The notes: generated by a model not told the origin, from the sequence alone. Positions 32,271-42,721 are shown, numbered from the stretch's first letter. The stretch is 64,000 nt of DNA from an uncultured beta proteobacterium (GCA_963851465.1 CAWKPJ010000008.1:25579-89578), one strand, 5' to 3'. Made by a program: numbers and translations.

Positions 32271-33479
32271 GTGGATTGGCAGTTCGGAATTCCCGCCACG
32301 CTGGCCATGGCCGCGATCGTGCTGGTCGTCGGCAAAAATCTGATCGGGCGGGTCGCGTTCCTGCGCAAGTACTCGATACCCGAGCCCGTCGTCGGCGGCC
32401 TTCTGGCCGCGCTGCTTGTCAGCCTTCTGCATGCCGGAGGTGTAAGCCTGCGCTTCGACACTGCGCTGCAGCCCGGACTGATGCTCGCGTTCTTCGCCAC
32501 GATCGGACTGGGCGCGGACGCACGCATGCTCGCGCGCGGTGGTGTCGCGCTGGTGCTGTTCACGGCGTGCGTCGTCGGAATGCTGGTGATGCAGAACATC
32601 ATCGGCGTGGGCGCAGCGTGGGCGCTGGGAATCGATCCGCTCATCGGCCTGATCGCCGGATCGGTGACGATGTCGGGCGGCCACGGCACGGGCGCTGCCT
32701 GGGGCCAGAAATTTGCCGAAACCTTCGGCCTTGTCGCCGCGCCCGGGATCGCGCTCGCTTCTGCGACGTTCGGCCTCGTGATGGGCGGCCTCATCGGTGG
32801 TCCTGTCGCGCAACGGCTGATCGAGAGACTCAAGGCGCGGGGCGCCCCGCTGGGAGTATCGGCGAACGAGGCGCTGACGCACGATGCCGCCGCTTCGTCG
32901 GGCGCGTTCACGCCCTACCGGTTGACGGTGACCGTCATGCTGATCGCCGCCAGCGTCGCGCTTGGATCGGCATTGGCGCGCCTCACGGACAATCCCACCT
33001 TCACGCTCCCGACGTTCGTATGGACGCTGTTCGTGGCTGCCGTGATCCGCAACGGCCTTGCGCTTGCGAAGCTGCACGAGATCGACGGCGAGGCGCTGTC
33101 GTTCGCGGGCACGGTTTCCCTGTCGCTGTTTCTCGCCATGGCGCTCATGAGCCTGCGGCTCTGGGAGCTCGCCGCGCTGGCGCTGCCGATGTTCGTCATT
33201 CTCGCGTTGCAGGCGGTCGGCGTGGCGCTGTTCACGACATTCATCACCTTTCGCGTCATGGGCTCCAACTACGACGCGGCAACGCTGGTGGCCGGGCAGT
33301 GCGGATTCGGGCTCGGCGCGACGCCGACCGCCATTGCAAACATGCAGGCGGTATGCGATCGCTACGGCTACTCGCCGCAGGCCTTCCTGCTCGTCCCGGT
33401 GGTCGGAGCGTTCCTGATCGACGTCGCCAATGCCGTCGTGATCAGCACCTTCGCGGGATTCATTCCGGCGCTGCGCTAG
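32271..33479 (+). CDS. gltS: Sodium/glutamate symporter (ESS family)
   Basis: YSIPEPVVGG, FFATIGL, GSVTMSGGHGTGAAW, GFGLGATPTAIANM, AFLLVPVVGAFLID. Confidence 0.9.
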   Translation: MDWQFGIPATLAMAAIVLVVGKNLIGRVAFLRKYSIPEPVVGGLLAALLVSLLHAGGVSLRFDTALQPGLMLAFFATIGLGADARMLARGGVALVLFTACVVGMLVMQNIIGVGAAWALGIDPLIGLIAGSVTMSGGHGTGAAWGQKFAETFGLVAAPGIALASATFGLVMGGLIGGPVAQRLIERLKARGAPLGVSANEALTHDAAASSGAFTPYRLTVTVMLIAASVALGSALARLTDNPTFTLPTFVWTLFVAAVIRNGLALAKLHEIDGEALSFAGTVSLSLFLAMALMSLRLWELAALALPMFVILALQAVGVALFTTFITFRVMGSNYDAATLVAGQCGFGLGATPTAIANMQAVCDRYGYSPQAFLLVPVVGAFLIDVANAVVISTFAGFIPALR

Positions 33480-33568
33480 CCCCTTCGCCCCCGGCTGCGC
33501 CGGTAGTCGAGGACGGCGCCATGTGGCACCATCGTATCGACCTGATGCGGTCCTGGGAGAGAGCTCGG

Positions 33569-33925
33569 ATGGGACGACTCACTACGCACGTGCTCGACAC
33601 CGCGCATGGGCGCCCCGGCGGCGGGATCGCGGTCACGGTCTACCGGCTGGGCGCAAGCGACGCGCGGCTCGAGGTGGCGCGCGCCGTCACCAACGCCGAC
33701 GGCCGCACGGATCGCCCGGTCCTCGAAGGTGCCGACTTCATTCCCGGTGTCTATGAAATCGTCTTCGCGGCGGGCGACTATTTCGCGCGCACCGGCGCTA
33801 AACTTCCCCATCCTCCGTTCGTCGGCGACGTCGTGCTCCGCTTCGGCGTGGCGAATCCCGCGGAGCACTATCACGTGCCCCTCCTGGTCTCGCCCTGGAG
33901 CTACCAAACGTACAGGGGCAGCTAA
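33569..33925 (+). CDS. uraH: 5-hydroxyisourate hydrolase (transthyretin-like)
   Basis: LTTHVLDTAHG, TNADGR, HYHVPLL and a C-terminal YRGS. Confidence 0.93.
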   Translation: MGRLTTHVLDTAHGRPGGGIAVTVYRLGASDARLEVARAVTNADGRTDRPVLEGADFIPGVYEIVFAAGDYFARTGAKLPHPPFVGDVVLRFGVANPAEHYHVPLLVSPWSYQTYRGS

Positions 33926-33927
33926 TG

Positions 33928-34080
33928 ACGACCCCCACGCTCTCTTCGTTCGCTGCCCCCATAGGGGGAGCAAGCCTTCCTTGGGGCGGCCCGGCGGAAG
34001 GCAGCACGACCCCCACGCTCACTTCGTTCGCTGCCCCCATAGGGGGAGCAAGCCTTCCTTGGGGCGGCCCGGCGGAAGGC
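33928..34080. repeat. Two tandem copies of a 75-bp structured repeat (period 78 bp)
   Basis: 33928-34002 and 34006-34080 differ at one base; a third copy lies at 61145-61219. Confidence 0.95.
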
Positions 34081-34087
34081 TAGGACC

Positions 34088-35635
34088 ATGCCAACCCGCA
34101 AGAAAACGCCGGCGACCGGCGGCACCGTGCGCTTCGCCCTCGACGGCGAGATCATTGCGCTCGAGGGCGTCGATCCCACTCGTACGGTGCTGCAGTACCT
34201 GCGCGAGGACCTCGGGCGCACCGGCACCAAGGAAGGCTGCGCCGAGGGCGACTGCGGAGCGTGCACGGTCGTCGTCGGCGAGCTCGTCGGCAATGGCGTC
34301 CGCTTCCGCGCGATCAACTCGTGCATCCAGTTCGTCCCCACGCTGGACGGCAAGGAGCTCATCACCGTCGAAAGCCTCAAAGGCGCGGATGGCGCGCTCC
34401 ACCCCGTGCAGCGCGCGATGGTCGACTGCCACGGCTCGCAGTGCGGCTTCTGCACGCCGGGCTTCGTGATGTCGCTGTTCGCGCTCTACAAGTCGGCGGA
34501 TTCGCCCACGCGCGACGAGATCAACGACGCACTCGCCGGCAACCTCTGCCGCTGTACCGGCTACCGCCCGATCGTCGAGGCCGCGCAGAAGATGTACGAC
34601 TACGGCCGCGACGCGAAAGGCGAGCACGAGAACTGGATGAACTGCTCGTTCGCCTCGCCCAACGAAGCCGAATCCAACGGCGGCGAGCGCGAGATGGTCG
34701 AGCGGCTGCGCTCCATCCAGCGCCGCGACACGCTGGCCGTTTCGAACGGCGCGCGGTCGTTCCTTGCGCCAGCAACGCTTGCCGAGCTTGCGGCATTGCG
34801 CGCGGCGTACCCTGAAGCGCGCATCCTCGCCGGGGGCACCGACGTCGGCCTGTGGGTCACCAAGCAGCTGCGCGAGCTGACGACGGTGATCTACACCGGC
34901 AACGTCGCTGAGCTGAAGCGCGTCGAAGCCACGGAAGCGATGCTCGACATCGGCGCCGCGGTGTCGCTCACCGATGCGTACGCCGCGATCGTCGCCGAAT
35001 ATCCCGCACTCGACGAGTTGGCGCGGCGTTTCGCATCGCCGCCGATCCGCAACGCCGGCACGCTCGGCGGCAACATCGCCAACGGCTCGCCGATCGGCGA
35101 CTCGATGCCGGTGCTGATCGCGCTCGGCGCCACGCTGGTGTTGCGCAACGGGAAGAAGACGCGCGAGCTGCCGCTCGAGCAGTTCTACCTCGCCTACCAG
35201 AAGACGGCGCTGGCACCCGGTGAATTCGTCGAGCGCATTCTCGTTCCGAGGCCGAGGGATGGCGTGCAGATGCGCGAGCACGTTCGCTCGTACAAGATCT
35301 CGAAGCGCTTCGATCAGGACATTTCGGCGGTGTGCGGTGGCTATCGGCTGGTCGTGGAAAGCGGCGTCGTGCGCGAAGCGCACATCGCGTACGGTGGCGT
35401 GGCGGCGACCCCGAAGCGCGCGACGCAGTGTGAGCATGCGCTCGTCGGCAAGCCGTGGACCGAGGAAACGGCGCGTGCCGGAATGGCCGCGCTCGACCGC
35501 GACTACACGCCGCTCACCGACATGCGCGCCAGCGCTGCGTACCGCCGCACGGTGACGCGCAACCTGCTGCACCGGCTGTATCTCGAAACGGCCGGCCGCG
35601 CCGTCGCGACGCGCGTCCTCGAGCCGGTGAGGTGA
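34088..35635 (+). CDS. xdhA: Xanthine dehydrogenase small (2Fe-2S/FAD) subunit
   Basis: GTKEGCAEGDCGAC, QCGFCTPG, GNLCRCTGY, AGGTDVGL, YKISKRFDQDIS. Confidence 0.95.
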   Translation: MPTRKKTPATGGTVRFALDGEIIALEGVDPTRTVLQYLREDLGRTGTKEGCAEGDCGACTVVVGELVGNGVRFRAINSCIQFVPTLDGKELITVESLKGADGALHPVQRAMVDCHGSQCGFCTPGFVMSLFALYKSADSPTRDEINDALAGNLCRCTGYRPIVEAAQKMYDYGRDAKGEHENWMNCSFASPNEAESNGGEREMVERLRSIQRRDTLAVSNGARSFLAPATLAELAALRAAYPEARILAGGTDVGLWVTKQLRELTTVIYTGNVAELKRVEATEAMLDIGAAVSLTDAYAAIVAEYPALDELARRFASPPIRNAGTLGGNIANGSPIGDSMPVLIALGATLVLRNGKKTRELPLEQFYLAYQKTALAPGEFVERILVPRPRDGVQMREHVRSYKISKRFDQDISAVCGGYRLVVESGVVREAHIAYGGVAATPKRATQCEHALVGKPWTEETARAGMAALDRDYTPLTDMRASAAYRRTVTRNLLHRLYLETAGRAVATRVLEPVR

Positions 35636-35637
35636 CC

Positions 35638-37989
35638 ATGGAATCTGCATCGGCACGCGGCGGCGCGGGCGCCGCCCTCCCCCACGACAGCGGACATCTG
35701 CACGTCAGCGGCGAAGCCACCTACATCGACGACATCCCGGAGGCGCGCGGCACGCTGCACGCGGCGATCGGCCTCTCCGAGCGCGCGCATGCGCGGATCA
35801 AGGCGATGGATCTCGCCAAGGTGCGCGCGGCGCCCGGTGTCGTCGCCGTGATCACGGCGAAGGACATTCCCGGCAAGAACGACTACGGGCCCGTGATCGC
35901 CGACGACCCGATCTTCGCGACGACGCTGGTCCAGTATCACGGCCAATCGTTGTTCGCGGTCGCCGCGCGCAGCTACGTCGAGGCGCGCAAGGCCGCGCGG
36001 CTCGCGAGCATCGACTACGAAGACCTGAAGCCGCTCCTTACGGCGGAGGCCGCGCTGAAGGAGCAGTCGTTCGTGCTGCCCACCGAGCGGCTGGTGCGCG
36101 GCAATCCGCGCGCCGCAATCGCCACGGCGCCGCATCGGCTCCAGGGCCGCGTGCGCATCGGCGGGCAGGAGCAGTTCTATCTCGAAGGGATGATCGCGTA
36201 CGCAGTGCCGAAGGAAGACGGCACGATGCACGTCTACAGCTCCACGCAACATCCGGGCGAGGTGCAGCACCAGGTGGCGCACGCGCTCGACCTGCCGGCC
36301 AACGACGTCGTCGTCGAATGCCGGCGCATGGGCGGCGGCTTCGGCGGCAAGGAGAGCCAGCCGGGCCTCTTCGCGTGCGTCGCCGCGCTGCTCGCGCGCA
36401 AGACGGGCAAGCCCGTCAAGCTGCGCGTCGACCGCGACGACGACATGATGCTCACCGGCAAGCGCCACGACTTTGTCACCGAGTACGAAGTCGGCTTCGA
36501 CGAGCGCGGGCGCATCCTCGGCGTCGACTTCATCCTCGCCGGCCGCTGCGGCTACTCGGCCGACCTGTCCGGGTCGATCAACGACCGCGCGATGCTCCAC
36601 AGCGACAACTGCTACTACCTCGACAACGTCAGCATCCTGTCGTTCCGCTGCAAGACCAACACCGTGTCGAACACGGCGTTCCGCGGCTTCGGCGGACCAC
36701 AGGGCATGGTCGGCATCGAGCAGGTGATCGACGACATCGCGCGCCATCTCGACGTCGATCCGCTCGACGTGCGCAAGGTCAACTTCTACGGCACCACCGA
36801 TCGCAACGTCACGCATTACAAGCAGACGATCGTCGACAACGTGATCCACGAGATCGTCGCCGACCTCGAGCAGAGCGCCGACTACGCGCGCCGCCGCGGG
36901 GAGATCCGCGCGTGGAACGCGCAGAGCCCGATACTGAAGCGCGGCATCGCGCTCACACCGGTGAAGTTCGGCATATCGTTCACCGCGACGCATCTGAACC
37001 AGGCCGGCTGCCTGCTGCACGTCTACACCGACGGCACGATCCTGCTGAACCATGGCGGCACCGAGATGGGTCAGGGTCTGTTCATCAAAGTGGCGCAGGT
37101 AGTCGCGGAGGAGCTGCAGGTCGACGTGGACCGCATCCGCATCACGGCGTCGGACACGAGCAAGGTGCCCAATGCCTCGCCCACCGCCGCGTCGTCCGGC
37201 TCGGATATGAACGGCAAGGCGGCGCAGGCCGCGGCGCTGGAGATCAAGCGACGGCTGACGGAGTTCGCGGTGAAGCACTTCGATGCCGCACCGGAAACGA
37301 TCGGGTTCCGCGCCAACCGGGTGCACGCGGGCGAGCGCTCGATTTCCTTCAACGAATTGGTGAAACTGGCGTACTTCGCGCGCGTGTCGCTGTCGGCCAC
37401 CGGTTTCTACCGGACGCCGAAGATCAGCTACGATCGCAAGACGTGGAGCGGCATGCCCTTCTTCTACTTCTGCTACGGCGCCGCGGTGTCGGAAGTCGTC
37501 ATCGACACGCTCACGGGCGAGAATCGCCTGCTGCGCGTCGACATCCTGCACGACGTCGGCAGGTCGCTGAACCCCGCGGTGGACATGGGGCAGATCGAAG
37601 GCGGCTTCATCCAGGGCGTGGGCTGGCTGACGATGGAAGAGCTGTGGTGGAACGACAAGGGCAAGCTGATGACGCACGCGCCGTCCACGTACAAGATTCC
37701 GGTCGCGAGCGACGTGCCGGCCGAGTTCAACGTCCGCATCTACGAGTCGGGCATCAACGCGGAAGACTCGATCCATCGCTCGAAAGCCGTCGGGGAGCCG
37801 CCGCTGATGCTCGGCATCTCGGTGTTGCATGCCATCCGCGATGCGATCGCCGCCACTGCCGACAACTCGCTGTCGCCCAAGCTCGACGCGCCCGCGACCG
37901 CGGAAGCCATCCTGGCGTCGGTCGAGGAATTGAAGCAGCGCCATGCGCGCACGCAGGCCGCCGCGAAGGCGACGGAGACGGTGTCTTGA
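35638..37989 (+). CDS. xdhB: Xanthine dehydrogenase molybdopterin subunit
   Basis: RRMGGGFGGKE, SNTAFRGFGGPQG, GGTEMGQG, SKAVGEPP. Confidence 0.95.
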   Translation: MESASARGGAGAALPHDSGHLHVSGEATYIDDIPEARGTLHAAIGLSERAHARIKAMDLAKVRAAPGVVAVITAKDIPGKNDYGPVIADDPIFATTLVQYHGQSLFAVAARSYVEARKAARLASIDYEDLKPLLTAEAALKEQSFVLPTERLVRGNPRAAIATAPHRLQGRVRIGGQEQFYLEGMIAYAVPKEDGTMHVYSSTQHPGEVQHQVAHALDLPANDVVVECRRMGGGFGGKESQPGLFACVAALLARKTGKPVKLRVDRDDDMMLTGKRHDFVTEYEVGFDERGRILGVDFILAGRCGYSADLSGSINDRAMLHSDNCYYLDNVSILSFRCKTNTVSNTAFRGFGGPQGMVGIEQVIDDIARHLDVDPLDVRKVNFYGTTDRNVTHYKQTIVDNVIHEIVADLEQSADYARRRGEIRAWNAQSPILKRGIALTPVKFGISFTATHLNQAGCLLHVYTDGTILLNHGGTEMGQGLFIKVAQVVAEELQVDVDRIRITASDTSKVPNASPTAASSGSDMNGKAAQAAALEIKRRLTEFAVKHFDAAPETIGFRANRVHAGERSISFNELVKLAYFARVSLSATGFYRTPKISYDRKTWSGMPFFYFCYGAAVSEVVIDTLTGENRLLRVDILHDVGRSLNPAVDMGQIEGGFIQGVGWLTMEELWWNDKGKLMTHAPSTYKIPVASDVPAEFNVRIYESGINAEDSIHRSKAVGEPPLMLGISVLHAIRDAIAATADNSLSPKLDAPATAEAILASVEELKQRHARTQAAAKATETVS

Positions 37990-39119
37990 ACCATTGGGTC
38001 GATGCGCTGGTCGCGCTGCAGGCAAGTGGGACGCCGGCCGTCATCGTCAGCGTGGTCGGCACGCGTGGATCCGTTCCGCGCGCCGCGGGAACGCACATGA
38101 TCGTCACGCGGGAGGAGCTGCACGGCACGATCGGCGGCGGTCATCTCGAATTCCAGGCGATCGGCATCGCGCGCGACCTGATTGGCGGTGCGCCCGGTGC
38201 ACAACGGCTGCGCCGCTTTCCATTGGGCGCGAGCCTTGGTCAATGCTGCGGCGGCGTGGTGAACCTGCTGTTCGAGCCGGTCGCGGGACCCGCCGAGTGG
38301 ATCGCTCACGCGGCCACGCTGCGCAACGAACGCACGCCGTTCGTCACGCTCGTGCCGACGACCGGCGACGACCCCGCAGGCCGCTTGGTGGTGACCGCCC
38401 GCGAGGCCTACGGCGACGCCATCGGCGATCGTGCCGACGCCATCGCGCTGGCCCGCGAAGTCCTGCGCTCGGGTGAAAGCGCGCAGCTCGTGCACATCGG
38501 CGCCGACGGAACGCCGCGCTGGTTCGTCGATCCGGTGCGCGACGATGGCTTCGACGTCGTGTTGTTCGGTGCGGGGCACGTCGGCCGCGCGCTGGTGAAG
38601 CTCTTCGCCGACCTCCCCTGCCGTGTCACGTGGATCGACACGCGCGACGACGAGTTTCCCTCCGAAATCCCCGTCAACGTCTCGGCAACATGCAGCGACG
38701 CGCCGGAGGCCGACGTCGACGCCGCGCCACCCGGCGTGTTCTTCCTCGTGATGACGCACGATCACGCGCTGGACGAGCGCATCGCCGAGCGCATTCTCGA
38801 GCGCAATGACTTTGCGTATTTCGGCCTGATCGGCTCGCTCCCGAAGCGGCGTCGGTTCGAGCAGCGCATGGCGCGGCGCGGCATGCCGGCCGAACGCTTC
38901 GCCGCGATGACTTGCCCGATCGGTGTCGCGGGGATCGAGGGCAAGGAGCCGGCGACGATAGCGGTCGCGGTGGTCGCGCAGATTCTGCAGCTGCGCAGCG
39001 CGCTCGCGGCGGCGCGGCCGGCTGAAGCCGGCCCCACAAGGTCTCCGCTCGCCATCGCCGATCGCGATCTGGCAGATCCTTGTCGGTCAGGCTCAAGCCT
39101 GACAGCCAAGTCGCGATGA
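37986..39119 (+). CDS. xdhC: Xanthine dehydrogenase accessory protein
   Basis: GSVPR, GTIGGGHLE, LGASLGQCCGG, FGAGHVG, MTHDH, GLIGS, CPIG; TTG start overlaps the xdhB stop. Confidence 0.92.
   Translation: MNHWVDALVALQASGTPAVIVSVVGTRGSVPRAAGTHMIVTREELHGTIGGGHLEFQAIGIARDLIGGAPGAQRLRRFPLGASLGQCCGGVVNLLFEPVAGPAEWIAHAATLRNERTPFVTLVPTTGDDPAGRLVVTAREAYGDAIGDRADAIALAREVLRSGESAQLVHIGADGTPRWFVDPVRDDGFDVVLFGAGHVGRALVKLFADLPCRVTWIDTRDDEFPSEIPVNVSATCSDAPEADVDAAPPGVFFLVMTHDHALDERIAERILERNDFAYFGLIGSLPKRRRFEQRMARRGMPAERFAAMTCPIGVAGIEGKEPATIAVAVVAQILQLRSALAAARPAEAGPTRSPLAIADRDLADPCRSGSSLTAKSR
39017..39103. repeat. REP-like palindrome doublet inside the xdhC 3' end
   Basis: GCCGGCTGAAGCCGGCCCCACA and TGTCGGTCAGGCTCAAGCCTGAC; the same arrangement occurs at 54065-54133. 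Confidence 0.7.
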
Positions 39120-40689
39120 ATGCCGCCGCTGCGCCGCGCATCGAGCTGCGCGGCATCACCAAGATCTACCCCAGCGTCGTCGCGAACAAGGACGTCTCGC
39201 TGGCGGCGCTGCCGGGCGAGATCCACGCGGTGCTGGGCGAGAACGGTGCCGGCAAGAGCACGCTGATGAAGATCATTTACGGCGTCGTGAAGCCTGACGC
39301 CGGCGAAGTGCTGTGGGAAGGCAAGTCGGTCGTCGTCGACAACCCGGCGCACGCGCGCGACCTCGGCATCGGCATGGTGTTCCAGCATTTCTCGCTGTTC
39401 GAGACGCTGACTGTCGTCGAGAACGTCGCGCTGGCGTCTCTCCGGCAAACCGGCACTCGGTCCGCTCGCGAAGCGCATCACCGAAGTGTCGGCGAAATAC
39501 GGGCTGCCGGTCGATCCGCGCCGGCTCGTGCATTCGCTGTCGGTCGGCGAGCGCCAGCGCGTCGAGATCATCCGCTGCCTTCTCGTCAATCCGCGGCTCC
39601 TCATCATGGACGAGCCCACGTCGGTGCTGACGCCTCAGGCCGTGCGCAAGCTGTTCGAGACGCTGCGCCAGCTCGCGAGCGAAGGCTGCACGATCCTGTA
39701 CATAAGCCACAAACTCGACGAGATCCAGGAACTCTGCACGAACGCCACGGTGCTGCGCGCGGGACAGGTGACGGGGCATTGCGATCCGCGCAACGAGACG
39801 CCGAAGACCATGGCGCGGATGATGATCGGCAAGGACCTGCCGCATCCGCAGCACGACGCGGCAACGCCGGGCGAGCCGCGCCTCACGCTCGTCGGCCTCA
39901 AGCGCAAGTCGCCTGATCCGTTCGGCGTGAACCTCGACGACATCAACCTCACCGTGCATGCGGGCGAGATCGTCGGCATCGCCGGCGTATCCGGCAACGG
40001 CCAGCAGGAGTTGCTGTCGGCGATCTCCGGCGAAGCGCCGGTACGCGACCGCAAGGCGATCGTGCTGCTGCGGCATCAACGTCGGACGCATGCGCCCCGG
40101 TAGACGGCGGCGCCTCGGCTTCTGCTTCGTGCCGGAGGAGCGCCTCGGACGCGGCGCGGTGCCGCGGATGTCGCTCGCCGACAATGCGCTGCTGACGGCG
40201 CACCGGCGCGGCTACGTGAAGCGTGGCCTCATCAAGTTCGCGAAGATCGCCGAGTTCGCGCAGGCGTGCATCACCGAGTACACCGTGAAGTGCGGCGGGC
40301 CGCAGGCGGAGGCGAAGAGCCTGTCGGGTGGCAACCTGCAGAAGTTCATCGTTGGCCGCGAGATCCTTCTGCAGCCGAAAGTGCTCGTCGTCGCGCAGCC
40401 GACGTGGGGCGTCGACGTCGGCGCGGCCGCGTTCATCCGCCAGAAGATCATCGACCTGCGCAATGAAGGCGTGGCGATCCTCGTGCTGTCCGAAGAGCTC
40501 GATGAGCTGTTCGAGGTGAGCGACCGGCTCGCGGTCATCGCGAAGGGCCGGCTTTCGCCGGTGAAGCCGATCCGCGAAACCAATGTCGAGGAGATCGGTG
40601 TCTGGATGAGCGGCATGTGGCCCGGCGCCAAGGGATTCGGCGAAGGTGCCACGTTGCCGGTCGGGGAGCGCCATGCGGCTCAAGCTTGA
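39116..40689 (+). CDS. CUT2-type (nucleoside/purine) ABC ATPase with two ABC domains (indels near 39440 and 40070)
   Basis: GENGAGKST, LSVGERQRVEI, DEPT, LSGGNLQK, QPTWGVDVG. Confidence 0.9.
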
Positions 40690-41770
40690 AGCGCGCCCCG
40701 AACCTTCGCGACTGATGGGTTGGCTGTCGCCGCTGCTTGCGGCGGGGCTCACCATCGTCGCCGGCTTCATCCTGTTCACAGCACTCGGCAGAGAATCCGC
40801 TGCAGGCGTTCTACACGTTCTTCATCTACCCGATCCGCGATCTCAACGGCATGACCGAGCTGCTGCTGAAGGCATCGCCGCTGATGCTGATCGGCGTGGG
40901 ACTCGCCTGCGGCTATCGTGCCAACGTCTGGAACATCGGCGCGGAGGGCCAGCTCATCCTCGGCGCGATCTTCGCCGGCGGCGTCGCGCTCGCCTTCCAC
41001 GGCGAGGAGACGCGGCTCGTGCTCGTCCTCATGTTCTTCGCCGGGGCGCTCGGCGGCATGCTGTGGGCGGCCATTCCCGCTTTGCTGCGCACGCGGTTCA
41101 ATACCAACGAGATCCTCGTGAGCCTGATGCTCGTCTATGTCGCGAGCCTGCTCTTGTCGTGGCTCGTGCACGAGCCGTGGCGGGATCCGGAAGGCTTCAA
41201 CTTCCCGCAGACGAAGCAGTTCACCGACGGTGCGTTGTATCCGATGCTGGTCGAAGGCACGCGGCTCAATGTCGGCTTCCTCGTGGCGCTTGCCGCCGTC
41301 GCGATGGGCTACGTGTTCCTGAACCGCAGCTTCCTGGGCTTCCAGATGCGCGTCGCCGGCCTGGCCCCGGACGCGGCGCGCTACGCGGGCTTCAACGCGA
41401 ATCGCATGGTATGGCTCGGGATGCTGATCGGCGGCGCGTGCGCCGGCATCGCCGGCATGGGCGAAGTCGCCGGCCCCATCGGCCAGCTGCTGCCGTCGGT
41501 GTCGCCGGGGTACGGCTTCGCGGCGATCATCGTCGCGTTCGTCGGGCGGCTGCATCCGGTGGGCATCTTGCTCGCGAGCCTGCTGATGTCGCTGCTCTAT
41601 CTCGGGCGGCGAGGCCGGCGCAGATGGGCCTCGCGTTGCCGTCGGCGATCACGGGGCTGTTCCAGGGCATGCTGCTTTTCTTCCTGCTCGGGTCCGACGT
41701 GTTCATCAACTATCGCGTGCGCGTGATCCGGCCCGCCGCCGCGCCTGCGGCGAAGGCCGTGCCGGCTTAG
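40673..41770 (+). CDS. Nucleoside/purine ABC permease (indels near 40790 and 41610)
   Basis: NVWNIGAEGQ, NEILVSLML, GYGFAAIIVAFVGRLHP. Confidence 0.85.
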   Translation: MRLKLEARPEPSRLMGWLSPLLAAGLTIVAGFILFTALGRESAAGVLHVLHLPDPRSQRHDRAAAEGIAADADRRGTRLRLSCQRLEHRRGGPAHPRRDLRRRRRARLPRRGDAARARPHVLRRGARRHAVGGHSRFAAHAVQYQRDPREPDARLCREPALVVARARAVAGSGRLQLPADEAVHRRCVVSDAGRRHAAQCRLPRGACRRRDGLRVPEPQLPGLPDARRRPGPGRGALRGLQRESHGMARDADRRRVRRHRRHGRSRRPHRPAAAVGVAGVRLRGDHRRVRRAAASGGHLAREPADVAALSRAARPAQMGLALPSAITGLFQGMLLFFLLGSDVFINYRVRVIRPAAAPAAKAVPA

Positions 41771-41784
41771 AGCGACGAGAACCC

Positions 41785-42702
41785 ATGGATCACCTCGTTC
41801 CCATCCTCGCTGCGGCCATCGCCGCCGGCACGCCGCTCGTGTTCGCGGCGCTGGGCGAGCTCGTCACCGAGAAGTCGGGCGTGCTGAATCTCGGCGTCGA
41901 GGGCATGATGCTGGTCGGCGCGATCGCCGGCTTCGCGATCGCGTCGGTCACCGGCAACGTGTGGGTCGGCGCGCTCGCCGGCATGGCGGCCGGCGCGCTG
42001 ATGTCGGTAATCTTCGCGGTGCTCGCGCTGAACCTGATGGCGAACCAGGTCGCATCGGGCCTGGCACTCACGATGTTCGGCGTCGGCCTGTCCGCGTTCA
42101 TCGGCAAGCCGTTCGAGAGCGTGTCGCTCGCCAAGGCGGGCACGTTCGACATCCCGCTGCTGTCGGAGATCCCGGTGCTCGGCCCGATCCTGTTCAAGCA
42201 GCACTTCCTCGTCTACGTGAGCTGGGCGCTGTTCGCGGGCGTCTCGTGGTTTCTCTATCGCAGCCGGACGGGCCTCGTGCTGCGCGCGGTGGGCGAATCG
42301 CCGGAGTCGGCGCACGCGATCGGCTATCCGGTGATCCGCATCCGCTAGCTCGCCACGCTCTTCGGCGGCGCGATGGCGGGACTCGGCGGCGCGTACCTCT
42401 CCGAGTTCTACACGCCGCTGTGGGTCGAGGGCATGGTCGCCGGCCGCGGCTGGATCGCGCTGGCGCTCGTCGTGTTCGCGACGTGGCGGCCCGCGCGCGT
42501 GATGGTCGGCGCATACCTGTTCGGCGGCGTCACCATCGCGCAGTTCTTCGCGCAGGGCGCCGGCGTCGAGGTCACGTCGCAGTTCCTGTCGGCGCTGCCC
42601 TATCTCGCGACGATCATCGTGCTCGTCATCATCTCGCGCAACGTCAACACGATCCGGCTCAATTCGCCCGTTTCGCTCGGGCGCTCGTACCGTCCCGACT
42701 AA
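41785..42702 (+). CDS. Nucleoside/purine ABC permease with an in-frame TAG at 42346-42348
   Basis: EKSGVLNLGVEGMM, LRAVGESP, IRIR*LATLFGG, AGRGWIALALV, ALPY in one frame. Confidence 0.8.
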
Positions 42703-42721
42703 CTATTTCAGGGAGAACCGC

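Noticed and set aside
33928-34080. CRISPR array
   Set aside because: The units are 75 bp with only 3 bp between them, there are no unique spacers, and no cas genes are present.
35503-38025. Long antisense or alternative-frame ORFs (35503-38025, 7688-9730, 22275-24089, 52983-55076 and others)
   Set aside because: They are Arg/Ala-rich shadow ORFs of well-supported genes, as expected in high-GC DNA, and have no recognisable motifs.
42346-42348. Pyrrolysine or other amber recoding
   Set aside because: It is a single TAG at a probable Tyr position in a permease. No pyl genes are visible and TAG serves as a normal stop elsewhere in the window.
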